Below are positions 1 to 7,661 of a DNA stretch of 36,124 bases, one piece after another. Both the position numbers and the translations under genes were made by a program. The notes beneath the pieces are model-generated. The model ran no database searches, had not been told where the DNA came from, and worked only from the letters and a program-made list of their open reading frames with translations. The stretch comes from a virus (Duplodnaviria; Caudoviricetes): positions 1-36,124 of IMG/VR virus record IMGVR_UViG_3300028586_000010, one strand, 5' to 3'. How positions within the stretch are numbered: position 1 is the stretch's first letter; each line of letters opens with the position of its first letter.

Positions 1-127
1 CTTGCCGAAGTCGCCCTCGCTCGGATCCATGCCGGCGAAGTCGGCCAGGTAACGCCAGGCCAGCAGCACTGCGGCGTAGTTGCCTGCCATGCGCTTGGCG
101 CCGTCGTCGCTCTCGCTGGCCCGGCTG
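1..127 (+). repeat. Terminal direct repeat, copy 1 (circular-assembly overlap)
   Basis: Identical to 35998-36124; lies inside a coding sequence. Confidence 0.95.
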
Positions 128-2373
128 TTGCGCAGGCAGTAGTCCCGCAGGCCTTCGTACTTGGCCAGCACGTCGGCGCGGTCCAGGTCGGTCAGGTACT
201 GCAGCCACTGGCGCACCGGGAAGCGCGGGAGATCCGCCGGCATCAGCGGGCCGCGCTTGCCGCTCAGGTCCGTGCGGACCAGCTTGCCCAGCAGGCTGCG
301 CACCGGCACGTCCTCGCCGGCAAGCATGACCGGCGCCGACAGCACGAACTGCGTCATGGCGGTGCCGCGCTTGGTCACGGTGTACTGGTAGCTCTCCTGC
401 AGCAGGCCGACCGCCTTGTCGATCACGTCCTGGCGGCGGGCGCTCAGTTCTTCCCAGCCCACGGGATGGCTGGTGTGGCTAATGCTGGTCAAGAGGCGGA
501 ATTCAGTCTCCAGACTTTGCCCGGAGAACATGGTGAAGCCCAGGGAGCGCTCCAGGCGCTTGATGAGGGTGGATTTACCGGCGCCCTTGTCGGCCTGGAC
601 GGTGATGTGCGGCCAGAAGCCCAGCAGGGCCTTGAGGTGGCCGCCCAGGGCCCAGGCCAGGGGGATGGCGGCCGCGTTCCGGTGGAACGTGCTTTGATAG
701 GCGCGGATCACGGTGGCGGCGTCCTGGACGTGGCCGGCCGGGAAGGTGAGGTTGTAGTAGGGGCACTGCTTCTCTGGCTCGGTGAAGTAGCAGTCGGGCC
801 CCTCGTTGACAGCCAGGCGGCTGTCCAGCCAGGCCAAGCCCACGAAGTTGGCGGCCGTGCGCGCGCCCAGGTGGGCGGTGCGCTCCAGGATCGTGACCAT
901 GCGGGAGAAGCGCTTGGGCTCGAAGATCGGGCCGAACTGACCCCATTGGGCCAGGTTGTGGACCTGCTTGTCGCCCATGACCTCGCGCACCAGCTGGGCG
1001 CCGTGGCGTGGGGTCTGCACGGTCACGGCGAAGTAGACGGTAGGGGAGTGGTCCGGGTCGCCGGTCATGGTCGACGAGGCGCTGGCCACGGCCACGCGGC
1101 TGAACGAAGCCACACGAAAGCCGCACAGGTCGGTATAGGTCGGCGTTTCCTCGCCTTCGTCGCCCTTCTGGTCCATGTTCAGGATATAGCTGGAGAAGTC
1201 CGGGCGTACCCTGTACCGCCAGTACTGCGAAAAGTCGTGGGTAGGCAGGTAGACGCGGGGCTTACCCTTGCGGGTGTCGTCACCAGCCAGGCCGGCGATC
1301 AGCCAGGTCTCCAGCTCGTCCATGGCCTTGCCCAGCTGCTGCGCGCCATGCTCCTGCAGGTAGTCGTTGGCGTCGTTGATAGTTTCGCCATCGAAGTCTT
1401 CCCCCTTCTTCCATTTCGCCTGGTCAACTATAAGCGCGCTGATGTTGAGCGCGGTCAGGCTCTCGTAGATCTTCCAAGCGGCGTTGGGGCCTGGCCGCTG
1501 GCCAGCCAGGCGATGCTCGGGTCCGAAAGGCTCGTCGTTGTCCATACAGATATAGACCTGCTTGCCGCGCAGGAACGTCCAGTCGATCAGCTCTGCATTG
1601 TTCAGGCCGCGCAGGGCGAATGAGGCCCATGCCGGCTTATCGGCAGTGTCGATCGACAGGGCATTGATAGCGCTTTCCACGATTGCCACATTCTTGGACC
1701 GGTCCAGCTTACGTGGGTCGGCCGTCCAGCCAATGCCGTCCTTCTCCCCCTGGCTCTGGGTCTTGTATCCGCCGTTCAGCTCGGGCTCGATGTAGCGCAC
1801 GTCCACGCCGGCCACGCGCTTGGTTCCTGGGAAGTAGGCAATGAAGGCGGCGCCAGGGCCGCCGTGGCCTTGCGTGCCGGCGGGCTTCTTCGGGCTGGTC
1901 CAGGAGTTGTAGCCCAAGGTGTTCGCCCGCAGCGCGGCGTCGATCGCCTCTTTGCTGATGCCCCGGTTTACGAGGTAATCCCGGATCTGTTCCTTCTCGG
2001 CCAGACTGCGCTTGGCGATACTCTCTGCCAGGGTCAGGGGTTCTCTGGGTTGGTTGGCCCGGTCCGGCGTGCTGAACGGAATACGGAACATTTCGTGCAG
2101 GATCTTCATGGCTTCGCTGACATCGCACCCGTGGACATAGCGCACCAGATCGATGCATGAACCGCCTTCTCCGCTGCTCCAGTCCTTCCAGCCGGTCCCG
2201 TGGTCGCGGTCGTCTACGAAGATCGATAGCGATGGGCTGCTGTCCTTGTGGTGCGGAGAGTGATACAGGGCCTTGCCCTTGCCCGGATCCTGGCCGGCGC
2301 CCAGGCGGAGGCCCAGGCGGTCGGCCAGCTCGTGCAGGTCAATGGTGCGTTTCAGTTCATCAATCGAGGCCAT
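1..2373 (-). CDS. Primase-helicase replication protein, N-terminal 791 codons (continues at 35997 to stop at 35584; ~928 aa total)
   Basis: Absent from the ORF track because it runs off the window end. ATG at 2373 gives MASIDELKRTIDLHELADRLG..YHSPHHKDSSPSLSIF..WKDWSSGEGGSCIDLV (DnaG zinc-finger-like N-terminus), TOPRIM-like VYICMDND..DANDYL, and Walker A QADKGAGKST. In frame with 35584..36087; frame spot-checked, not read codon by codon. Confidence 0.85.
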   Translation of the reverse strand, partial: MASIDELKRTIDLHELADRLGLRLGAGQDPGKGKALYHSPHHKDSSPSLSIFVDDRDHGTGWKDWSSGEGGSCIDLVRYVHGCDVSEAMKILHEMFRIPFSTPDRANQPREPLTLAESIAKRSLAEKEQIRDYLVNRGISKEAIDAALRANTLGYNSWTSPKKPAGTQGHGGPGAAFIAYFPGTKRVAGVDVRYIEPELNGGYKTQSQGEKDGIGWTADPRKLDRSKNVAIVESAINALSIDTADKPAWASFALRGLNNAELIDWTFLRGKQVYICMDNDEPFGPEHRLAGQRPGPNAAWKIYESLTALNISALIVDQAKWKKGEDFDGETINDANDYLQEHGAQQLGKAMDELETWLIAGLAGDDTRKGKPRVYLPTHDFSQYWRYRVRPDFSSYILNMDQKGDEGEETPTYTDLCGFRVASFSRVAVASASSTMTGDPDHSPTVYFAVTVQTPRHGAQLVREVMGDKQVHNLAQWGQFGPIFEPKRFSRMVTILERTAHLGARTAANFVGLAWLDSRLAVNEGPDCYFTEPEKQCPYYNLTFPAGHVQDAATVIRAYQSTFHRNAAAIPLAWALGGHLKALLGFWPHITVQADKGAGKSTLIKRLERSLGFTMFSGQSLETEFRLLTSISHTSHPVGWEELSARRQDVIDKAVGLLQESYQYTVTKRGTAMTQFVLSAPVMLAGEDVPVRSLLGKLVRTDLSGKRGPLMPADLPRFPVRQWLQYLTDLDRADVLAKYEGLRDYCLRNSRASESDDGAKRMAGNYAAVLLAWRYLADFAGMDPSEGDFGK

Positions 2374-2480
2374 GTCTCTGGTCTTTCTGGTCTTGTTCTT
2401 CGTTGCGGCGGCGTAAACGGGGGCCTACCGCGGCGCAGGTCGCGCTGCAGCAAGGCGTTATTTCTTGGATTGGTGGTGTA

Positions 2481-2816
2481 CTACTGAAGGGGCGACAAGC
2501 GGGCCAGCTTGGCCAATTCCACCAGGTCGGACGCGGTCAGTATGATGGCCTCGCCGTCCTCGTCCTTCATGAATAGGGTGAAACTGGTGGTTCGAGTACA
2601 GTCGATGCTCACCTTGCTGTGGCACGCGGACAGCTCGCCCAGGGCCTGCAGGGTGACCGTATGGGCCGTATCGGTGGACACGCAAGCGGTCTCGAGCAAA
2701 TGTTCAATGCAGCGGTCGACCAGGAGCTGGCGGTCCGGGCTCAAGTATTCATCCTGGTGGTCCTGCAGGAAGCTCAGGGCATTGGTGGTAAGCGCGTGGG
2801 TAGACATAGGCTTCAT
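2481..2816 (-). CDS. Hypothetical early protein (~111 aa)
   Basis: 3' part of ORF 2481..3071; start moved to MKPMSTHAL (2816; 2807 is an alternative) to avoid overlapping ogr. Confidence 0.65.
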   Translation of the reverse strand: MKPMSTHALTTNALSFLQDHQDEYLSPDRQLLVDRCIEHLLETACVSTDTAHTVTLQALGELSACHSKVSIDCTRTTSFTLFMKDEDGEAIILTASDLVELAKLARLSPLQ

Positions 2817-2829
2817 TCGTTTAGTCGGA

Positions 2830-3084
2830 TCAAATGGCCAGCTGCATCTGCTGCATGACACGCTCCCTCGCATGCGGGGACATAGGCACACGCACGTCTT
2901 GATTAGGCTTGCCGGAAGGGGATAGCCCACGAACGATTTCAAGTGCCGCCACGTAGGTGTAACCGCACTCCACGTCGAGGCACTGATAATGAATCTCTCG
3001 CATGGTCGAAGTCTTCTCATAGCTGCTACGCGCGATGCAGCGAGCTCCACAGTGAGGGCAACGGATAACAATTCGCAGGCTCAT
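2830..3084 (-). CDS. ogr: Ogr/Delta-family zinc-finger late-gene activator
   Basis: CPHC..IHYQCLDVECGYTY..LSPSGKPN, the C4 zinc-finger pattern of Ogr. Confidence 0.92.
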   Translation of the reverse strand: MSLRIVIRCPHCGARCIARSSYEKTSTMREIHYQCLDVECGYTYVAALEIVRGLSPSGKPNQDVRVPMSPHARERVMQQMQLAI

Positions 3085-3125
3085 AATTAACTAGTCGAGT
3101 AATAGAAAGACCCCCCGGTCCTGTA

Positions 3126-3299
3126 TTACAACTGCTGTCCTTGTTGGGATTTATATGCCTTGAGGCCTAATCGGTAGATAATCCCAGCCATGGACTGTCG
3201 GCTGCGAACTTCGTCTTTACACATCTTTTCCAGCTGACTGTCCTCCTCCGGGGTGAGTGGGATTGGGACGCGGGGATCTTTGCGGGTCTCGGTTTTCAT
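3126..3299 (-). CDS. 57-aa ribbon-helix-helix-like regulator at the Cro/Cox position
   Basis: My translation: MKTETRKDPRVPIPLTPEEDSQLEKMCKDEVRSRQSMAGIIYRLGLKAYKSQQGQQL; strand-helix-helix pattern; divergent from cI; TAGGA just upstream; below the ORF-track size cutoff. Confidence 0.75.
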   Translation of the reverse strand: MKTETRKDPRVPIPLTPEEDSQLEKMCKDEVRSRQSMAGIIYRLGLKAYKSQQGQQL

Positions 3300-3431
3300 T
3301 TCCTATTCTACGCTCGTTACATTATGTGATAATTCGTTACGTTCCGTGAATTTGTGTGGAGTAACGTAAATTTTTGTTGCATAGCGTAAAATTCTACGCT
3401 CTACTCCCGGCTCCGTACAGTCTTTTCGTCG
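3300..3431. promoter_or_regulatory. Divergent immunity switch region (cI / RHH gene) with candidate operators
   Basis: AT-rich; CGTTAC/GTAACG repeats; inverted repeat AGCGTA-N6-TACGCT at 3383-3400; minus-strand CATAAT upstream of the RHH gene. Confidence 0.6.
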
Positions 3432-4148
3432 ATGAATCGAAATATCAAAATCTATAATATGCAAACAAAACAAGTCCTTGTACAAGAAATCATCGACAGG
3501 ATGAAAGCCGTATTGGGTTTCTCCAAGGACGATGAACTGGCCAATTACCTTGGTAAAAGCCGCAGCACGCCCGCTGGGTGGCGTACAAGAGGAATGATCC
3601 CGATTCAGGAAGCTATCGAAATCGCTCTGCAGCACGACATCAGCCTTGACTGGCTCGTTCTTAAACGTGGTAAGGGTCCGGGGCCGGAAGAGCCGGAGCA
3701 AACACAATCTACTGATGACAGTGTGGTGATGACTGGGGTGGGTGAGATTCCCGGTTACGTCGATCTTCCCGTGCTTGATATGGCCACCTTCAACTCGACC
3801 AGCAAGGATCGCGCCTGGAAAGTTCCGCGTCTGTGGCTTGACCAGGAAGGCCTGACGGAAACCGAAACCGTGATGGTGCGCGCGGCCGGCGATTCGATGA
3901 TCCCGGCCATCCAGGACGGACAAATGGTTGTTGTCGATCGACGTCAACGCGATTCGGATGGGGTCTACCTGGTGCGTTTCCGAGATGGTGATACGGTGCG
4001 CTTCAAGCGTGTGCAACGCATGTTCGATGGTTCCCTGCGCTTGTCGAATGACAACCCGGCTTACACCGTCGACACCGTTCCACGCGATGAAGTCGAGCGC
4101 ATCGAATTCATCGGGTACTGTCACGCTTCCGTGCAGTCGGTGCGATAG
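3432..4148 (+). CDS. cI: CI-like repressor, N-terminal HTH plus S24 peptidase domain
   Basis: IIDRMKAVLG..DDELANYLGKSRST..WRTRG (phage CI HTH); GDSM..P..DG..VVVD and FKRVQ..LSNDNPAY (S24 Ser/Lys). ATG 3459 is an alternative start. Confidence 0.88.
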   Translation: MNRNIKIYNMQTKQVLVQEIIDRMKAVLGFSKDDELANYLGKSRSTPAGWRTRGMIPIQEAIEIALQHDISLDWLVLKRGKGPGPEEPEQTQSTDDSVVMTGVGEIPGYVDLPVLDMATFNSTSKDRAWKVPRLWLDQEGLTETETVMVRAAGDSMIPAIQDGQMVVVDRRQRDSDGVYLVRFRDGDTVRFKRVQRMFDGSLRLSNDNPAYTVDTVPRDEVERIEFIGYCHASVQSVR

Positions 4149-4276
4149 ATCAGCGCCCACGCTGCGGCGCCCAGTTCTGGCGCCGCCAGCGCGTATGTCT
4201 TCCATCATCCTTCCTCCGCCGCACCCTTCTCCAACGTTCGCCGCTATGCAGCCGCATTGTCTTCAGGAAATAAAAA

Positions 4277-4302
4277 AACTACTGTATGCGTATACAGTAG
4301 TT
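4277..4302. promoter_or_regulatory. LexA (SOS) box overlapping a TACTGT -10 element
   Basis: aactaCTGTatgcgtatACAGtagtt: CTGT-N8-ACAG inside a perfect 11-bp inverted repeat; very close to the TACTGTATATATATACAGTA consensus. Confidence 0.85.
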
Positions 4303-4443
4303 CTTGGCGCGATTTTCTGCAAGGGTAATGCGAAGTATGCATTAACATCATATAATCATTACGTATATATGATGTATAGATGCCGTTACATTATGTGAGT
4401 ATCACTATTGATATTTACTTATCACCCTGTAGATCTTCATTTT

Positions 4444-4737
4444 CTATTCTCGGCTTTCCATCCAATCTGCCGCTGTCGCCTCAGCATCTTTATAGGCCTC
4501 GACCAATAGGAAGGCGGTGTAGGCATTGGCAGCGCTTGCCACACGGGGAGCGCACTGCTGCAGATGCCAAGCCCGTTCATCTTCCTGCATTCCATTCCAC
4601 CAAGCGATGCCTTTTGCCTCATCTGCAATGGCCGGGAACACTCCTCTTCCTACTTCTTGGCCGTCCTGTAGAAGACGGAGGTTCCAGCCACCACCCAGTT
4701 CGGTCGCACGTGGATTAATTTCGTAACTGTAGGCCAT
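4444..4737 (-). CDS. Hypothetical protein (97 aa)
   Basis: GGAG upstream; last gene of a tightly packed three-gene leftward unit. Confidence 0.7.
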   Translation of the reverse strand: MAYSYEINPRATELGGGWNLRLLQDGQEVGRGVFPAIADEAKGIAWWNGMQEDERAWHLQQCAPRVASAANAYTAFLLVEAYKDAEATAADWMESRE

Positions 4738-4739
4738 TG

Positions 4740-4955
4740 CTACTCCACCGTCATCTCGGCCAAGAGCAGGCGCCGGCCGGCCGCCAATTCATCAACAGCG
4801 TGCGCACGTTCGCGCTGCAGTTCCTGGTACTGGGAGCTGTCGCCGCATTCAGCAAGTTGGTTATCGATGTACTCGATCTGCCGCAACAGGTCTTCTTCCT
4901 CAGCATCGGTCAGGATGGCCAGGTCAACGTCTTGGTTGTAGTCATTTTGATTCAC
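4740..4955 (-). CDS. Small acidic hypothetical protein (71 aa)
   Basis: AAGGAA SD and GTG start; D/E-rich helical sequence; packed between neighbours. Confidence 0.65.
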   Translation of the reverse strand: MNQNDYNQDVDLAILTDAEEEDLLRQIEYIDNQLAECGDSSQYQELQRERAHAVDELAAGRRLLLAEMTVE

Positions 4956-4967
4956 GTTGTGTTCCTT

Positions 4968-5228
4968 TCAGGTAATGGTGGATTGTTCTCGTTGCCACTT
5001 TGTGAAGTCGACCTCGGCGTGGCGCAGGCCCAGGCCCTGAATCTCTACTAAAGCGGTCTCGATCTTGGCGAAGGCCTTAGGGTTCTGACGCGCAGAACGC
5101 ACAATGAACTCGTGGCGCCCGCGCAACACGATGGCCCAGCGCCGGCCGTCGAAGCATTCGATGATCGCTCGCGTGACGGCGTTAGTGGCTACCAGTGTCT
5201 TGGCCGTGTCGATAGTGACGCTTTCCAT
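4968..5228 (-). CDS. Small plasmid-associated protein, resembling those annotated 'partition protein C'
   Basis: T-I-D..L..LV..W.I..R..F.K.ET....++..G+...EVD pattern recalled from plasmid ParC-like proteins; GAGG upstream. Confidence 0.55.
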   Translation of the reverse strand: MESVTIDTAKTLVATNAVTRAIIECFDGRRWAIVLRGRHEFIVRSARQNPKAFAKIETALVEIQGLGLRHAEVDFTKWQREQSTIT

Positions 5229-5251
5229 GCTGACGTAGCCTCAATAAATTA

Positions 5252-5281
5252 AAAGTGTTCTACACTTTATATCAAAGTGTA
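5252..5281 (-). promoter_or_regulatory. Promoter/operator with three alternating AAAGTGT/ACACTTT boxes
   Basis: aaagtgt-tct-acacttt-atatc-aaagtgt, overlapping a minus-strand TTGATA -35 element. Confidence 0.55.
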
Positions 5282-5310
5282 TGGCGGTAGCTAGCGCGGT
5301 GTAGCTGTCG

Positions 5311-5338
5311 AGTTGACATAAAAGCCGTTACACGCGAC
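5311..5338 (-). other. dif-like XerC/XerD recombination site
   Basis: Minus strand GTCGCGTGTAA-CGGCTT-TTATGTCAACT has the 11-6-11 layout of E. coli dif (GGTGCGCATAA-TGTATA-TTATGTTAAAT). Confidence 0.55.
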
Positions 5339-5831
5339 GACCAGCAGGATCACTTCCATCCCATAGACCATAGCGATAGCGTTTCTCGCCCTCCGCCTCG
5401 TCGTTCAAGCGCTGCACCAGCGCAGTCATCTCGTCTGGCGGCAGGGTATGGTGTGAGGTACGGAGCCAATCCCCGGCCGAGCCCGTCCACCGCTCAAAAA
5501 TATAGTATCCATCGCGGCCCATGGTGGCGCGGTCGTTCTCGTTCATCGTTTCCCTCCAAGTTGAATCTGCAGCTCTGGCGCGATCCCCAGCCGTTTCTAG
5601 TTCACGCTCTTTGGCGCGCTCGATGTCGATGTGGGCATCTAGTTGCTCTTTGCCAGCGCACCACTGCAGCGCGCCGTTGTTCTTCGGATCGGCCGCGATC
5701 CACCTGTACCTGGCGCCGTCCTGCAGCAGCGGCATCAGCTGCGTGGCCACTCGCCTGATCGAACTGTGGTGCATCTTGGTGTTCGTCAGCAGGATGGATG
5801 TCAGCTCTTCCCAAAGCTGCTTATCGTTCAA
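5328..5831 (-). CDS. Hypothetical protein (~167 aa)
   Basis: ORF 5328..5894; start more likely the TTG at 5831 after AGAGGGG, which minimises overlap with the upstream gene. Confidence 0.6.
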   Translation of the reverse strand: MNDKQLWEELTSILLTNTKMHHSSIRRVATQLMPLLQDGARYRWIAADPKNNGALQWCAGKEQLDAHIDIERAKERELETAGDRARAADSTWRETMNENDRATMGRDGYYIFERWTGSAGDWLRTSHHTLPPDEMTALVQRLNDEAEGEKRYRYGLWDGSDPAGRRV

Positions 5832-7605
5832 CCTCTTCCCCTCTAAGCGATGATAGAAATTCTTGGTGAATAATATTTGAGCCCTTGTTTCCAATATCTT
5901 TTTCGATAAGTTCTTTGATCTGAAAATTGTTTAATTTCTGCACATCGCTCAAGCCGCCCCATTTGATCTGAGTGAGTTGCTCTACCTTTACACCCTGGCA
6001 GAGCAACGACCATGCAAGAGTTGCATGCCCCGATCGAACTGCTGGAACTCCGGAAATCTTCTGCTTAATAGCGTAATCATGAAATTCATATGTTGAGGCA
6101 AACCTCTTGGCAACTTCAAAACATGCTGCACCGAACTGATCACCTACCCATATATTTTCTTTAAGTGAAGCTGGAGCCTCATTAAAAGAAACTCTATCTG
6201 CTAAGCTGCGCTCATAGAGACTATGCCAGTCCACCTTCGTTCCCTCTTTCATTTTGATATCAGGTCGAATGCGAATGACTAAATCATATTCTTTCCCAGA
6301 TTTTTCCGCTAACTTAAAGCACTCCGATATTTTATAGAACATCTTGTCCTGATTTGTAAAATTACGAAAGCGCTCATCTGATTCGTCATCAATTACCGTC
6401 ACGGTTTCTTTGCCGTAGGCATCTTTAATCTCAGACTCGATTGCAATCAAGCCGGCAGCTTTCGTCGAGAATATGCTGGGATACATTTCCGTAATGGTCG
6501 CAATCCCGTATTGAGCGCACATCCTGATATATGAATCTACAAAACTAGCATCGCTGAATCGGCGCTCGACATGACCTTTCCAAGCTGGGTCTGGGAAGCG
6601 AACGCCGACGTTTTTCCACGTATGCACGTAGTAGTCGGTATCGTGGTCATTTAGTCCCAAGAGCGACCAGGTAGCTTTGGCGTCCTTGAAACCACGCAGC
6701 TGGCCCGACACACATACGGCAATCCGCAATTTTCTGGTCCGGTCTGCTGGTGGGCGATTCGCATCGATTGGCTGCTGACCATTGATGCTGGCCATGCTCC
6801 ACGTGAGCTTCCATCCAGTGAGTCCATTGCGTCCTTCGACCTGAACTTGCCGAGCGAACCTCTCGCATAAGCTGCGATAAACATCATGCGAAACAACTGG
6901 ATAAGCGATGACTAAAAGGTTGATCTTTTGTAGGTCAGTGAGATTTTCAATCGGGACCTGTTTTCCGATAATCTCATCAGTAATCTGCCGTACCAGAGTG
7001 GCATTTTTTGTCAGCTTATGCGGTCTAAGAATCCTCGCTATTTGCCAAGGCTGCGCCGTATTCAGGAGGCCTAAAAGATTCGTGTATTCCTTGTCGGTCG
7101 ATTTGTCATACTGCTCGCATACTAAAAAAATTGCCACGTGATTTTCGTATTTGGTGAGATCCAGGCGTTTTGCTTCTGCGGCCAAAATATTTCTCAGAAT
7201 CAAATATTCACTGTAATCATCTCGAACCAAAAGGCTAATTTCGCATGCGAAGTTAATCGCATCGTTCATTAAAGCGGTTATTGCAGAAATTAGCGATTTC
7301 TGAAGGGATATGGCGGAGGTCAAGCCCTCGCGCGAACTAAGAATTCCTTTGGGGTAAAGTTTGACGTCGCCAGAGTTTGAAATCCAATGGCTTAGGATTT
7401 TTTGCTGATCGCCGCTGTCTTTAATTAAAGATTTTTCGATCAATGAAATTTCGGAATTGCTGCCATGAGCAGCCTTAAACTTTTTCGTGATCTCTAAAGC
7501 AATATGAGTCTGTCCCTTCAATCGCTGCCGGTTAATCTCGTTATAAATTATTTCGGAAGGTTGGGACAAAATTTCGTCAAAATACTTATCAATTGCGTCT
7601 TGCAT
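5821..7605 (-). CDS. Low-GC moron protein, 594 aa, with C-terminal glycosyltransferase-like domain
   Basis: RIAVCVSGQLRGF..DYYVHTW..KMFYKI..YDLVIRIRPD..VGDQFG motif series of a GT-A-like family; helical N-terminal half; visibly AT-rich. Confidence 0.7.
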   Translation of the reverse strand: MQDAIDKYFDEILSQPSEIIYNEINRQRLKGQTHIALEITKKFKAAHGSNSEISLIEKSLIKDSGDQQKILSHWISNSGDVKLYPKGILSSREGLTSAISLQKSLISAITALMNDAINFACEISLLVRDDYSEYLILRNILAAEAKRLDLTKYENHVAIFLVCEQYDKSTDKEYTNLLGLLNTAQPWQIARILRPHKLTKNATLVRQITDEIIGKQVPIENLTDLQKINLLVIAYPVVSHDVYRSLCERFARQVQVEGRNGLTGWKLTWSMASINGQQPIDANRPPADRTRKLRIAVCVSGQLRGFKDAKATWSLLGLNDHDTDYYVHTWKNVGVRFPDPAWKGHVERRFSDASFVDSYIRMCAQYGIATITEMYPSIFSTKAAGLIAIESEIKDAYGKETVTVIDDESDERFRNFTNQDKMFYKISECFKLAEKSGKEYDLVIRIRPDIKMKEGTKVDWHSLYERSLADRVSFNEAPASLKENIWVGDQFGAACFEVAKRFASTYEFHDYAIKQKISGVPAVRSGHATLAWSLLCQGVKVEQLTQIKWGGLSDVQKLNNFQIKELIEKDIGNKGSNIIHQEFLSSLRGEEVER

Positions 7606-7661
7606 TGCTTTGCCTTAAAAAATTAAGTGGTGTGGCTTAAATTTATAACGTCTGAACTGGC

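Noticed and set aside
466-1623. 385-aa plus-strand ORF, and similar long shadow ORFs (14155..14832, 25545..26405, 27553..28650, 29087..30202, 8482..9246)
   Set aside because: Antisense to well-identified genes in GC-rich DNA, with no recognisable motifs
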